Source of the DNA: an uncultured Christensenella sp.
GTDB taxonomy: Bacteria > Bacillota > Clostridia > Christensenellales > UBA1242
Reading direction: 5' to 3'
Length of the DNA: 64,000 bases
Assembly (NCBI GenBank): GCA_964564685.1
Contig: CAZMBC010000005.1
Location: 7,407-71,406 of the forward strand
Both the position numbers and the translations under genes were made by a program. Position 1 is the stretch's first letter; every line of letters starts with the position of its first letter. Shown here piece by piece: positions 37,745 to 47,609 of this stretch. The notes beneath the pieces are model-generated. The model was not told where the DNA came from. It saw only the letters and a program-made list of their open reading frames with translations, and ran no database searches.

Positions 37745-37795
37745 AAAAAAAGAGCATGTTTTCAAAAGAAACTTATATTAGTGCTCTTTTTTTTT
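37745..37795 (+). terminator. alaS terminator
   Basis: aaagagca / tgctcttt stem with a large loop, followed by T9. Confidence 0.6.
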
Positions 37796-38029
37796 ATTGC
37801 ATTTTGTTAACTTAAAAATAACTAATTTAATTTGCTAATTTTAAATATTAAAATACAAGGCTATTTTATTTAAGTTTGCCCGTATATATGACGTATTGTT
37901 GGCACAATAATGAATATTAATGGCTATCAATATTTGATTTTTGTAATTTTTTATATTATAATTATTATAACACCTATGAATTCTAATGGTATTTTTACAT
38001 AGTGTTAATAAATTTCAAAGGATAAAGTT

Positions 38030-39793
38030 ATGAAAATTATTAAAGGAATTGCAGTTTACACTTTGATAATACTTGGCGCGTTAGTTATGTTAGGGCTAGT
38101 TTTAATGGGTTTGATGTTTATCTTCCCAAGTTTTAGCTTGTTTGGATATAACTTTCAGTACATAAGTTACAAAGATGTAATATTTGAGAGCTTTGATTTA
38201 TCCGATTATAGCGTAAATTCTATGGGTAGTACTCCTTCAAAAATTGATAGCAACTATCCTGTTGTTAATTTTTATATAAACAGCGGAGATTATAACCTTA
38301 ACCTTAATTTGCAAACAAAGAACGATAAAATATCATCGTACGTAACAAATAACTATGTTGGTTTTGTGAAAACCACCGGTGGAAAATTTCAGGTTACAAC
38401 TACACCAATTGTATCGCTAAAAAAGATGGCACTAAACACCGTTATGGATACTACTAGTACTCAAACGGTTAATGTTTTAGAATACCACTTAACCTTAAAT
38501 CAACCAAATGGCGCAGTTGCCTTTAGAGATAGTAATGCTTTTTATGTTTCTATTCCGCACAAAGTTTTTGATAAAGAAATTAATTACAATATATACATTA
38601 CAGGCGGAAACGGCAATATTAACATAAATGGTGAAAGTCAAAATGATAGTTTTACAAAATTAAATGTTTCAAATATTTCTGTTTCAACAAAACGTGGAGA
38701 TATAAGTATTAAGGGTATCGCAAATGTTGAAGACGGAAAGGAATTAAAGGATGTTAAACTAAAAAACCTTAATTTATATACCGAAGGTGGCATAGTTGAC
38801 TTTACTCACTATGATAGTGTTACGTTGCTTGAAAAAGTTATATTAAATTCCACTCGTGCAGATTATAAATTCAAAACACTAAATGCAAACGCTGGAATAG
38901 AAATTATAGGTACAAATGTTCGTTTTGATGCAGATATAGTTAATGTTAATCATGAAAATGGATTTGTTTTTAAATCCACTACTGGTGGCTTAAGCATAAA
39001 CAAATTAAACGCAACAAACGTTAATGTTTCTGGCGAAAATTATACCTATAACGACACTACTACACTTGTTGGGGATGACCTTGAGGAGTTTAAGGCTTAC
39101 GAATCTACAATTATAACCGAAAGTGCAATAATAGAGATAAATGAACTTTTAGGCAAATATGGAATTAAAAACACCTATGGCGATATAAAAATAGGTGTTT
39201 GTACAAATTCTGGCTCTGTTACCAATACCCATGGGGATATCGAAATTGGCACAAGCGGAATTTTTAATGATAGTAGAAATGCGCTTTCAGCATCATCTTC
39301 GCTAAACTTGTTTAATGATTATGGCAATATTACTGTTGGCGAATATCGCCAAAACGGCTTATTTATAACCAACAGCGGGGATGTTAACGTAAAAAGCCTG
39401 GATGAAACCAACAAATATAAAACCGAAATAACAACTAAAAACGGAAGCATAGAAGTAAGCAGCAAAGGCGCAAGCGTTTATGCTACCAGTACTGGAAAAG
39501 GTAACATTAATGCAGTGCTTTATGGTGTGAAAGAAACTAGTCAAAAGAAAACTTTTGAAGAAGAACAAAACACAAATTATGGCTTTAAAACCGATAAAGG
39601 CAAAATAAGGATTACTTTGCCAAGCAATCAAAGCAGTGGATATTATGTGTTGGCAAAAGGAAGTGTTTTGGGATATGTAACCGCTAGCAATCCTATTGTT
39701 GCAAATCAAAAAACGCCAATTTTAAGCGTTACGGAGAACAGTCCGCTTGTTTGCCTGTTTGGAGAAAATGTGGAAATTCGTCCATCAGTTTAA
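38030..39793 (+). CDS. Membrane-anchored beta-helix protein, DUF4097 (putative adhesin)-like
   Basis: N-terminal TM helix. Periodic GDISIKG, GDIKIGV, GDIEIGT, GNITVGE, GDVNVKS, GSIEVSS and GKIRITL strands are typical of DUF4097-type repeats. Confidence 0.6.
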   Translation: MKIIKGIAVYTLIILGALVMLGLVLMGLMFIFPSFSLFGYNFQYISYKDVIFESFDLSDYSVNSMGSTPSKIDSNYPVVNFYINSGDYNLNLNLQTKNDKISSYVTNNYVGFVKTTGGKFQVTTTPIVSLKKMALNTVMDTTSTQTVNVLEYHLTLNQPNGAVAFRDSNAFYVSIPHKVFDKEINYNIYITGGNGNININGESQNDSFTKLNVSNISVSTKRGDISIKGIANVEDGKELKDVKLKNLNLYTEGGIVDFTHYDSVTLLEKVILNSTRADYKFKTLNANAGIEIIGTNVRFDADIVNVNHENGFVFKSTTGGLSINKLNATNVNVSGENYTYNDTTTLVGDDLEEFKAYESTIITESAIIEINELLGKYGIKNTYGDIKIGVCTNSGSVTNTHGDIEIGTSGIFNDSRNALSASSSLNLFNDYGNITVGEYRQNGLFITNSGDVNVKSLDETNKYKTEITTKNGSIEVSSKGASVYATSTGKGNINAVLYGVKETSQKKTFEEEQNTNYGFKTDKGKIRITLPSNQSSGYYVLAKGSVLGYVTASNPIVANQKTPILSVTENSPLVCLFGENVEIRPSV

Positions 39794-39866
39794 TGTGTAG
39801 TAGTTTAATTATAGTGCAAAAAACACCTACTAAACACTACTAAAACTAAAGTTTTTGTAACAATCT

Positions 39867-39907
39867 AAAAAGAGTATATCAACATACGATATACTCTTTT
39901 TATTTTT
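39867..39907 (+). terminator. Terminator
   Basis: aaaagagtatatc-aacatac-gatatactctttt hairpin followed by a T-rich tract. Confidence 0.7.
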
Positions 39908-40057
39908 AAAAGTGCTATTTATTATTAGAAAAGTGTGAAATTTTATAATTTTAAGCATTTTTTATCTTAATTACTATTTTAAGTGAGCATGCTGATACAT
40001 ATCAAGAACGCTAATAAATTAAATCTTGAGTTAATGAAACAATGTCAACGAAATTAA

Positions 40058-40106
40058 TTGACATATTTAATTTAAAAGTGCATTATTGTATTAGTTAAGT
40101 AATACA
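40058..40106 (+). promoter_or_regulatory. Promoter plus candidate GntR operator
   Basis: TTGACA, 17 nt, CATTAT (40058-40086), immediately followed by the inverted repeat TGTATTA-gttaag-TAATACA (40087-40106) ahead of the GntR gene. Confidence 0.45.
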
Positions 40107-40118
40107 GTGAGATAGGAT

Positions 40119-40475
40119 ATGGGACTTAATTTTGAAAGTGATTTGCCAATTTATTTACAAGTAATTGACAAAATTAAAATGCAAATAATAGGAAAAAAAT
40201 ATTTACCAAATCAAAAATTACCATCAGTTAGGGCTTTATCGTTAGAGTATGGAATTAATCCAAATACTATACAAAAGGCGCTTGTTGAGTTGGAAAACAT
40301 GGGGCTAATCTATACGGAAAGTACGAACGGAAAATTTGTTACAACTGATGAAAATTTAATAATTAACATAAGAGAAAAAACGATAAAAAAAAGTATTGAT
40401 AAATTTATAGAATCAATGGCAGAAATTGGGCTTAATAAGTCGCAATTGCTTAATGTTTTAAAAGGGGAAAAATAA
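40119..40475 (+). CDS. GntR-family transcriptional regulator (YtrA-like short form)
   Basis: Winged HTH: LPSVRALSLEYGINPNTIQKALVELENMGLIY. 118 aa with a short C-terminal helix pair. Confidence 0.85.
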   Translation: MGLNFESDLPIYLQVIDKIKMQIIGKKYLPNQKLPSVRALSLEYGINPNTIQKALVELENMGLIYTESTNGKFVTTDENLIINIREKTIKKSIDKFIESMAEIGLNKSQLLNVLKGEK

Positions 40476-40477
40476 AA

Positions 40478-41170
40478 ATGGATATATTAGCAATAAATAA
40501 TGTTAGCAAGAGTTTTGAAAATAAAAAGATAATTGACAATGTTTCATTTACTATAGAATCTGGGAAGATTGTTGGGCTTTTAGGAAAAAATGGCAGTGGA
40601 AAAACAACTATACTTAAAATGATTAATAGCTTATTAACTATTGATGAAGGAAAAATTTTAGTTTGTGGAGAGGAAATTGGTGTAAAATCAAAAACACAGG
40701 TTTCGTTTTTGCCAGAAAGAACGTATTTGGAAAGCAACCAAACTGTATTTGATGTGTTTAAATTTTTTGAAACATTTTATGCTGATTTTGATAAAGAAAA
40801 AGCATTAGAACTTCTTGAAAAATTGGATTTAGATGTAAATGCAAGTTTATCAAAAATGAGCAAGGGTATGAAGGAGAAACTTCAACTAATTTTAGTAATG
40901 AGTAGAAAAGCAAAACTTTATGTTTTGGATGAGCCGTTAGGTGGAGTTGACCCATCCACAAGAGATTACATATTGCAAACAATTTTATCAAACTTTGATG
41001 AAAATTCAAGTTTGCTTATAACAACACATTTAATTTCGGACATTGAGAATATATTAGACGAAGTTGTTATTTTAGATAAAGGGAAAATTGTTCTTAATGG
41101 AAATGCAGACAAACTTAGAGATGTATATGGTAAATCGATTAACAGTCTTTTTAGAGAGGTGATAAAATGA
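40478..41170 (+). CDS. ABC transporter ATP-binding protein
   Basis: Walker A GKNGSGKTT, signature MSKGMKEK (degenerate LSGG), Walker B LYVLDEPLGGVD. Confidence 0.9.
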   Translation: MDILAINNVSKSFENKKIIDNVSFTIESGKIVGLLGKNGSGKTTILKMINSLLTIDEGKILVCGEEIGVKSKTQVSFLPERTYLESNQTVFDVFKFFETFYADFDKEKALELLEKLDLDVNASLSKMSKGMKEKLQLILVMSRKAKLYVLDEPLGGVDPSTRDYILQTILSNFDENSSLLITTHLISDIENILDEVVILDKGKIVLNGNADKLRDVYGKSINSLFREVIK

Positions 41171-41952
41171 TAAAAAACTTAATTAAATACGATTTAAAAA
41201 GAATGTTAAGATTTCTTGTGTATTTTTATGCTATAGCAATTGGGTTAGCTACTATAGCAAGAATAATACATATTGGTAAAAACATTCAATTTATATACAT
41301 ACTAGGTCAAGTATTTTTATCATTATGCATTTCTGCAATTATTGCAATAGTTGTAAATACTTTTGCTCACATTATTAGGGCATTTATTTTTAATTTTTAT
41401 AAAGATGAAAGTTATCTTACTCACACTCTTCCCGTAACAAAAACTCAATTGCTTATATCCAAAATGCTTTCTGCTTTAATTGTGATATTATCAAGTGTTA
41501 TTGTATGTGTTTTAAGTGTTTTAATATTGTTTTATAGCACATCACTAAAAATTACATTAATTGCGGTTTTTGAAAATGTTGTTTCAGGCTTCAATATGTC
41601 GGCACTGGGCTTTATATGCTTAATAGCGTTGGTTGTATTTTCTCAAATATGTGCTAATTTGTGTATGTCTTTTAGTGCTATCGTTAAAGGAAATAGTTAC
41701 AATTCTAAACGTATAAGTAAAGGACTTGTATGGTTTGCCATTTATTACCTAGGTGCATTATTTGTTACGCTTTTGCTAGTGATTTCAGTTTTCACAATTT
41801 TAGGCAAATTACCAGAATTGTTTGCCATTAAAATGATGCAATCTTCATTTATTTTAATATTAATTATTGCAACAATTGCCTACTTTGGCATTGCCATATC
41901 ACAATTCTTTTTATGTAAAAAATTATTTAATAAAGGTGTTAATATAGATTAA
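41167..41952 (+). CDS. ABC-2-like membrane permease component (putative)
   Basis: Six hydrophobic helices. Overlaps the ATPase stop by 4 nt (ATGA). Operon position is typical of YtrA-type modules. Confidence 0.6.
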   Translation: MIKNLIKYDLKRMLRFLVYFYAIAIGLATIARIIHIGKNIQFIYILGQVFLSLCISAIIAIVVNTFAHIIRAFIFNFYKDESYLTHTLPVTKTQLLISKMLSALIVILSSVIVCVLSVLILFYSTSLKITLIAVFENVVSGFNMSALGFICLIALVVFSQICANLCMSFSAIVKGNSYNSKRISKGLVWFAIYYLGALFVTLLLVISVFTILGKLPELFAIKMMQSSFILILIIATIAYFGIAISQFFLCKKLFNKGVNID

Positions 41953-42010
41953 ATCAATTTGAATTATGATTGTTGCAAATTCAGCGAGTTAAATATTTTT
42001 TGATTTTATA

Positions 42011-42070
42011 AAAAAAAGACACTATATTGTTTTGGGTGTATCCAAACTTCTAAAAAAGTGTCTTTTTTTT
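42011..42070. terminator. Bidirectional terminator (nested hairpins)
   Basis: aaaaaagacact ... agtgtctttttttt outer stem with an inner gtttgg-gtgtat-ccaaac hairpin. Confidence 0.6.
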
Positions 42071-42120
42071 ATGAACTAATAAATTAAATTTTGAATGTAG
42101 TTATTTTGATTTTATTCAAT

Positions 42121-43920
42121 TTACTCGTTGTTAAGCTGTTCTTTAGGGGTAATTCCTAAACACTGTAGCGCGCTGGCAATAACAGTTTTTACACAAGTTA
42201 CAAATGCCATCATACTTGCAGTGTGCAATTGGTCGTTTTTGTCAATAAGTTTAAAATTTTCGCCCCATAGCGAGTGGAACATTGAAGCAAGCGTTTTTAA
42301 ATAGTCTACAATAAGGTTAGGTGCTTGCTTTTCGGCAGATGTTCTAACAACGCCATAAAATTTTGCCATAAACACAATTATCTCTTTGATTGCTTTTGGG
42401 CAAGTTTCAATAAGACCGTTTAAATCTTCAGGGGAAAATTGATATTCTGTTCCAAAAGTTTCGGCATACTTTTTAAGCAACGAGTTTGTGCGAGCATGTG
42501 CGTACTGGATGTAATATACAAGGTTTTCCTTGGATTTTTCCTTTACTTTAACTAGGTCAAAAGTCATTTGTGTATCGGCACTTTTAGAAAGCATAAACAG
42601 TTTAAGTTCATCCACATCAACTTCCTTTGCAACGTCTGAAAGTAACACAAATGTGCCCTTGCGTTTAGACATTTTGAAAGGCTCGCCATTGTTTTCAAGA
42701 CTGACCATTTGGCAAAGTAACACATGCACTTTAGCATGGCCGTCCGAAATTGCCTCAACTGCGCTAGATAAACGCTTTACATATCCGCTGTGGTCTGCAC
42801 CAAAAATGTTAACAAGATCGGTGTATCCGCGGTCTACTTTGTCCTTATGATATGCTATATCCGAAGCAAAATAGGTTGTTTGACCGTTTGCGCGTACAAT
42901 AACGCGGTCCTTGTCGTCTCCAAAAAGTGTAGAACGGAAAAGTGTTTGAGGAAGCTCAGAGTAATTAGATTCTTCCTCGTCATCCATACTGGCACTTCCG
43001 CCTTGAGGGCGTGGCAGACAACCCTCGTAAACGTAACAAAGTTTTTCCTTTGTTCCGTTCTCGTTCTCAACTGTTTGAAATTTGGTTTTTAAATAGTTTA
43101 TTGCGCTTTCAATTTTACCATCCTCAACAATTTTAGTTTCAGAAACAAAACTATCAAATTCCAAGCCAAGTAGTTTGAGGTCAGACTTAATTATCTCCAT
43201 CATTGCATCCACAACTTCGCTTTTTAGTTGGGTGTAAAAGTCTTCTTGCGAAAAATTTAAAAATTTATCTTTATATTTTTCTGCAAGGTCTTTTGCACAA
43301 TCAACAAGATAACTACCTGGGTAACAACCCTCGGGCACCTTTTCATTTATATGCAAGCCAAATTGTTGTTCGTAGCGGAATTGTACCGATTTTAAAAGAG
43401 TTGCAATTTGCACACCATAATCGTTTACGTAATATTCTTTTGTAACTGAATATCCGGCTTTTTGCATTATCTTGGATAGGGCGAGTCCTAAAATTGCACC
43501 CCTGCAATGTCCCACATGAAGTGGACCAGTTGGGTTTGCAGAAATAAACTCTAACAAAACCTTGCGGTCGGATGTGCCGTTTCCAAAATTTTCACCTTGC
43601 ACCAAAATGCCAGTAAGAAAATCCTTCCAAAGGTCGTCCGCAAAAAGTATATTTATATATCCACCCAGAACATCAACTTGTTTAATGTAAGGAATTTTAC
43701 TAATTAGTTCGCCCAATTCTCCTGCGCAAATTGCGGGATTTGTGTGTAATAGTTTTGCAAAAATCATAGAAGCGTTTGTGGAATAATCCGCACCCGTTTT
43801 TATCGGAGGAATAACAAAGCGAATATTTGCCAACTGCAAAACATCCTCAATTCCGTGTGAAGTGGCGTAATTAACCATTACTTTTTCTAAATCGGAGTCT
43901 ACCTTATTAAATATATCCAT
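42121..43920 (-). CDS. argS: Arginyl-tRNA synthetase
   Basis: HIGH region (NPTGPLHVGHCRG), KMSK-like FKMSKRKG, and a C-terminal DALR anticodon-binding domain. 599 aa. Confidence 0.95.
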   Translation of the reverse strand: MDIFNKVDSDLEKVMVNYATSHGIEDVLQLANIRFVIPPIKTGADYSTNASMIFAKLLHTNPAICAGELGELISKIPYIKQVDVLGGYINILFADDLWKDFLTGILVQGENFGNGTSDRKVLLEFISANPTGPLHVGHCRGAILGLALSKIMQKAGYSVTKEYYVNDYGVQIATLLKSVQFRYEQQFGLHINEKVPEGCYPGSYLVDCAKDLAEKYKDKFLNFSQEDFYTQLKSEVVDAMMEIIKSDLKLLGLEFDSFVSETKIVEDGKIESAINYLKTKFQTVENENGTKEKLCYVYEGCLPRPQGGSASMDDEEESNYSELPQTLFRSTLFGDDKDRVIVRANGQTTYFASDIAYHKDKVDRGYTDLVNIFGADHSGYVKRLSSAVEAISDGHAKVHVLLCQMVSLENNGEPFKMSKRKGTFVLLSDVAKEVDVDELKLFMLSKSADTQMTFDLVKVKEKSKENLVYYIQYAHARTNSLLKKYAETFGTEYQFSPEDLNGLIETCPKAIKEIIVFMAKFYGVVRTSAEKQAPNLIVDYLKTLASMFHSLWGENFKLIDKNDQLHTASMMAFVTCVKTVIASALQCLGITPKEQLNNE

Positions 43921-44023
43921 TATTTTCTCCTTGAAATGTAAATGTCGTTAGTTTTTCGAGTAAATTATATAGTAAAAACTTCTTGTTGTCAACTTGATAC
44001 ATCTTCCATTAGCGTTTAATTTA

Positions 44024-44057
44024 CAAACAAAAAGCCCTTATACAAGCATAAGGGCTT
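44024..44057 (-). terminator. Terminator of the Y-polymerase/YolD-like operon
   Basis: aagcccttat-acaagc-ataagggctt hairpin overlapping the mini-ORF stop, followed on the minus strand by TTTTTGTTTG. Confidence 0.7.
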
Positions 44058-44187
44058 AATCAAAGTATTCCTCGGTGTTAGGTTGCATTTTCTGTTCGTG
44101 CTCTTGCTCCTTTTGCCTTAGTGCCTTTTGCAAACCTTTTAAGGCATCAAAAGGTGCAAATTGCTTGGCACGGCTTTCGCGGGACAT
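44056..44187 (-). CDS. 43-aa YolD-like mini-protein (not in ORF track)
   Basis: MSRESRAKQFAPFDALKGLQKALRQKEQEHEQKMQPNTEEYFD*. The ATG overlaps the polymerase stop context (TAAAATG). Its position and the xFAPFxAL motif resemble YolD-like partners of Firmicute Y-family polymerases. Confidence 0.45.
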   Translation of the reverse strand: MSRESRAKQFAPFDALKGLQKALRQKEQEHEQKMQPNTEEYFD

Positions 44188-44188
44188 T

Positions 44189-45454
44189 TTAATTCGTTTC
44201 TCCACTGCTGTGTCCTCCAATTGTGTTGTTTCTTTCGCGCTGGGTGGCTTTTTGGCTTAGGTCCAAACCTTTTAAAAGAGAGTTTTTGCCAAACTTTTCT
44301 TGCACTTTCAACACGCTTTCTACAAGTTTTTTTTCTTTCTGTATTTTTGCCATATCGGTAAAAAAGTCATACTGTTCGTATTCCATTGTCATTAAATCTC
44401 CAAACTCATAACCTAGTTTGCGGATGGGTCTATTCTTGTCAACTATTTTTTCAAATAGTGCATCAGCTTCCTTTCCTATTATAGAATAAAGGTTGGTGTT
44501 AACAGATAGTCGTGCCAACCCCTTGGCGTTGTTTTCTCGCGAGTTACCATATCCAATAAATAGACGCAGATGATTTGTTACATATTCTTGCTTATATAAT
44601 TCATAACACCCATTTTGCACCATTTCGCGCATAACAATTTTAGCATCCGCATAGTCGTAGTTGCAAGGGAGTATTTGTGAGGACGATATAGACTTTGCTT
44701 TTGTAGTGTAATTTTTAATGTCCTTCATAAGACATGTTTCTTTACCCCAAGCATGGTCAATTAACAATTCTGCATTTATTCCAAATTCTTTATACAAAAT
44801 ATCTTCGTTAGCTTTAGCAATGCCCTCCATATCAAAAATTCCGTATTTAGCAAGGCGAGTTACTGTTCCGGTGGAAATTTGCCAAAAGTCGGAAAGTGGC
44901 TTGTGCTTCCAAAGTGTTTGTTTATATTTTTCTTCAGTAAGCCAACCAATACGGTCGGGGCTGTGCTTTGCCGTTATGTCTAAAGCAATTTTTGCTAAAT
45001 ATAAGTTGGTGCCAATACCTGTGGAGCTAGGAATTCCCAAAGTATTCCAAATTTCTTGCATAAGCTTTTTTGCAAAATCTTTTGCTTTAATTTTGTAAAT
45101 TTTAAGATAGTCGGTTACATCTAAAAAACATTCATCAATAGAATAAACATGGATGTCGTTTTTATCTACATACTTTAAATATATACCATAAATTTCGCTA
45201 GCATATTCAATATACTTTTTCATGCGGGGTGGGGCAATTATATAATTAAGGTTGGATGGAATTTCAAATAGCCTGCATCTATTTTTTACCCCTTCTGCTT
45301 TTAAGGCGGGAGATACAGCTAAACAAATTGTTTTGTTGGTGCGCTTTTCGTCCGCAACAACAAGTTTTGTTGTCATTGCGTCAAGCCCGCGCTCGGCACA
45401 TTCTACAGAGGCAAAAAAAGATTTCATGTCTATAACAAAATAAACTCTCTCCAT
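44189..45454 (-). CDS. Y-family DNA polymerase (UmuC/UvrX-like)
   Basis: VIDMKSFFASVE and SIDECFLDVT catalytic motifs. 421 aa with AGGAGG SD. Confidence 0.9.
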   Translation of the reverse strand: MERVYFVIDMKSFFASVECAERGLDAMTTKLVVADEKRTNKTICLAVSPALKAEGVKNRCRLFEIPSNLNYIIAPPRMKKYIEYASEIYGIYLKYVDKNDIHVYSIDECFLDVTDYLKIYKIKAKDFAKKLMQEIWNTLGIPSSTGIGTNLYLAKIALDITAKHSPDRIGWLTEEKYKQTLWKHKPLSDFWQISTGTVTRLAKYGIFDMEGIAKANEDILYKEFGINAELLIDHAWGKETCLMKDIKNYTTKAKSISSSQILPCNYDYADAKIVMREMVQNGCYELYKQEYVTNHLRLFIGYGNSRENNAKGLARLSVNTNLYSIIGKEADALFEKIVDKNRPIRKLGYEFGDLMTMEYEQYDFFTDMAKIQKEKKLVESVLKVQEKFGKNSLLKGLDLSQKATQRERNNTIGGHSSGETN

Positions 45455-45521
45455 GGTAAACGCCTCCTAAATTTATTATATCACGAAAATATTTAACTAA
45501 TCCGCTTTTGTGCCAAAAAAT

Positions 45522-47609
45522 TTAGTGAGTTAGCTTGTAATATTTTTCTAAAATTTTAGGATATGTGTAAAGGCGTTCTAGATATATGTATTTATAATAC
45601 AAACTTAAAGCATCTTGTTTAGCGCTTTCAATATCTTCAATTGTAGCGTCTTCCGTTTGCCATTTTACGCTATCAAAACTTATGTACACCTTGTTGTTAA
45701 AGTATGGCGTTCCACTAATGTTTGGTTGAAAAATTTTTAAATAATTTTCATTAGTAAATATTGTTGTGTTTAAATAAAAGTTAGGATTATATGTAATTCC
45801 TAATATATCTAACATTGTAGGCAAAAGGTTGTATGTTGTACTGAATTTGTCTATTTGTATAATATTGTTGTCAAGCTTATTAATATTATTGTCAGAAACA
45901 AACAAGTTATTGGCATTTTCTAAAGCAGTTTTTAATTTAACATCATATATTGTTGCTGGAATATGATATAGTTTTGTGTTGTGCTCGTGAACATTATATT
46001 CCAATCCCTTTACTGTATTGCTTAATCCATTGTAGTAGGCGTTGTGGTCGGCAAACAAAAGTATGGTTGTATTGTTAAGTAGGTTGTTTTGCTTTAAATA
46101 ATCCATCATAATTCCAATGGCATTATCTAAATCCATTACCTGACTTTTATACCAATTAAATATATCTAGCATTTTTTCGGTTTTGGGTTTAACATAGCCT
46201 AAATTAGTTAAGAACTCCCACATGTTGTTATATGTGCCATTTTCTTCCTCAACGCTAGCAGTAAGTAGGTTGTAATATTGCAAAATATTTTGTCGTTCTA
46301 CATATCCACCATGGCTGGAAATTGTAGAAAAGTGTGTATAAAATCTTGTTGTTAAAGGAAACATCTCTTGCTTGTAATTGGCTACAACCTCGCTATCTAA
46401 TGTCCAGTTATAAAAATTATAAAATTCATTATTTGGGTCACTATCAAAATCCACCCAATTATCCAATTTATCCATATTTTCCAAACACAACAAATCATTA
46501 TATCCAATTGTGTTTTTGTTGTGTGTTTTATCACGATTGTAAAACCAACTAACATTGTTGTGTACATAAAGTGTTTTGTAGTCTTGCGCATTAAGTTTTT
46601 GTGCAAGTGTAAACTGCTCGTACTCATTTTGTAAAACATTCATAACATTGTCATTTGCAATGTTAATAGGGTTTTCTCTAGGATAGTGTCCAACAAGCGC
46701 AAGCCCTTCGCTGATGTTAGTACGGTTATTGGCATAAAAATTGGTTAGGGTAATGCCATCTGTATAAAACAAGCTGTAAAGGTTGGGCGTAAAGTAGGGG
46801 TCTATTGCAAACCACTCTAAACTTTCCAACAAAATAGTTATTACATTATTTCCTTTGCTAACACCAAATACCTCACTTGATGTTTGCTGACCACTTGCCA
46901 AATATTTTGCTGTTTCGATAATCATGTCTTCTGTTAGTGACCTGCCAGTAATTAAGCGAGCAATATTTTTTGCATAAAGTCCGCCTGAACCAAATCTTTG
47001 CAAGCAATCCCACTTGGATGAAAGATTATCGTACAAGTACTTGTCGCTTTCAAACATATAATATGTACCTGTTGCTTCTGTTAAACTAACTTTCTGTAGA
47101 GCGTATCCACCAAAGCCCAGTGCATTAAATCCCATAAAAATTGCAAGAACTAATGGCAAATTGTAATTTATATAACGCAAAGGTTTTGATTTAAGTTTGC
47201 TAATTTGCATAAAAATAATAATTTCAATTATCAGCACACCAATTAACATAAAACATTTTGGAAAATCAATAAAAGAGATGTCAAAGGCTTGCAAACCTTC
47301 GCCCGCCAAAAATAACATTTCAAACGAAAAGATTTCGTTTGTGGCGCTAACAACAACAATGTTAGTAAGGTTTAAAATAAACTGCAGACCTATAGCCAAC
47401 CACAAAAAAATAGTTTTACTGGTATAGCTTGGTAAAGCAACACAAATACCAACACATATTGTAACTACGCAAACATCAAACCATACATAGCGTGGTAAAA
47501 ATCCCAGCCCTAAAAATAAAAACAACATTATTTCGTTAACAATAAGCGAAAGCGCTAAAAACAATGGTATTAAATTATTTCGATTTTTTATTGTATTAAA
47601 TTGCTTCAT
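45522..47609 (-). CDS. LtaS-family (sulfatase-fold) phosphoglycerol transferase-like membrane enzyme
   Basis: N-terminal ~5 TM helices, then an extracellular sulfatase-like domain (ITILLESLEWFAIDPYFTPNLYSL, LLFADHNAY). Confidence 0.8.
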   Translation of the reverse strand: MKQFNTIKNRNNLIPLFLALSLIVNEIMLFLFLGLGFLPRYVWFDVCVVTICVGICVALPSYTSKTIFLWLAIGLQFILNLTNIVVVSATNEIFSFEMLFLAGEGLQAFDISFIDFPKCFMLIGVLIIEIIIFMQISKLKSKPLRYINYNLPLVLAIFMGFNALGFGGYALQKVSLTEATGTYYMFESDKYLYDNLSSKWDCLQRFGSGGLYAKNIARLITGRSLTEDMIIETAKYLASGQQTSSEVFGVSKGNNVITILLESLEWFAIDPYFTPNLYSLFYTDGITLTNFYANNRTNISEGLALVGHYPRENPINIANDNVMNVLQNEYEQFTLAQKLNAQDYKTLYVHNNVSWFYNRDKTHNKNTIGYNDLLCLENMDKLDNWVDFDSDPNNEFYNFYNWTLDSEVVANYKQEMFPLTTRFYTHFSTISSHGGYVERQNILQYYNLLTASVEEENGTYNNMWEFLTNLGYVKPKTEKMLDIFNWYKSQVMDLDNAIGIMMDYLKQNNLLNNTTILLFADHNAYYNGLSNTVKGLEYNVHEHNTKLYHIPATIYDVKLKTALENANNLFVSDNNINKLDNNIIQIDKFSTTYNLLPTMLDILGITYNPNFYLNTTIFTNENYLKIFQPNISGTPYFNNKVYISFDSVKWQTEDATIEDIESAKQDALSLYYKYIYLERLYTYPKILEKYYKLTH

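Noticed and set aside
44075-44411. Small plus-strand ORFs antisense to the YolD-like and polymerase genes
   Set aside because: They have no SD, lie opposite a well-supported operon, and give Cys/Phe-rich translations.
45484-45497. LexA (Cheo) box upstream of the Y-family polymerase
   Set aside because: CGAAAATATTTAAC matches CGAACATATGTTCG at only about 9 of 14 positions and lacks both the GAAC and GTTC half-sites. This is too weak to call an SOS operator without knowing this organism's LexA motif.
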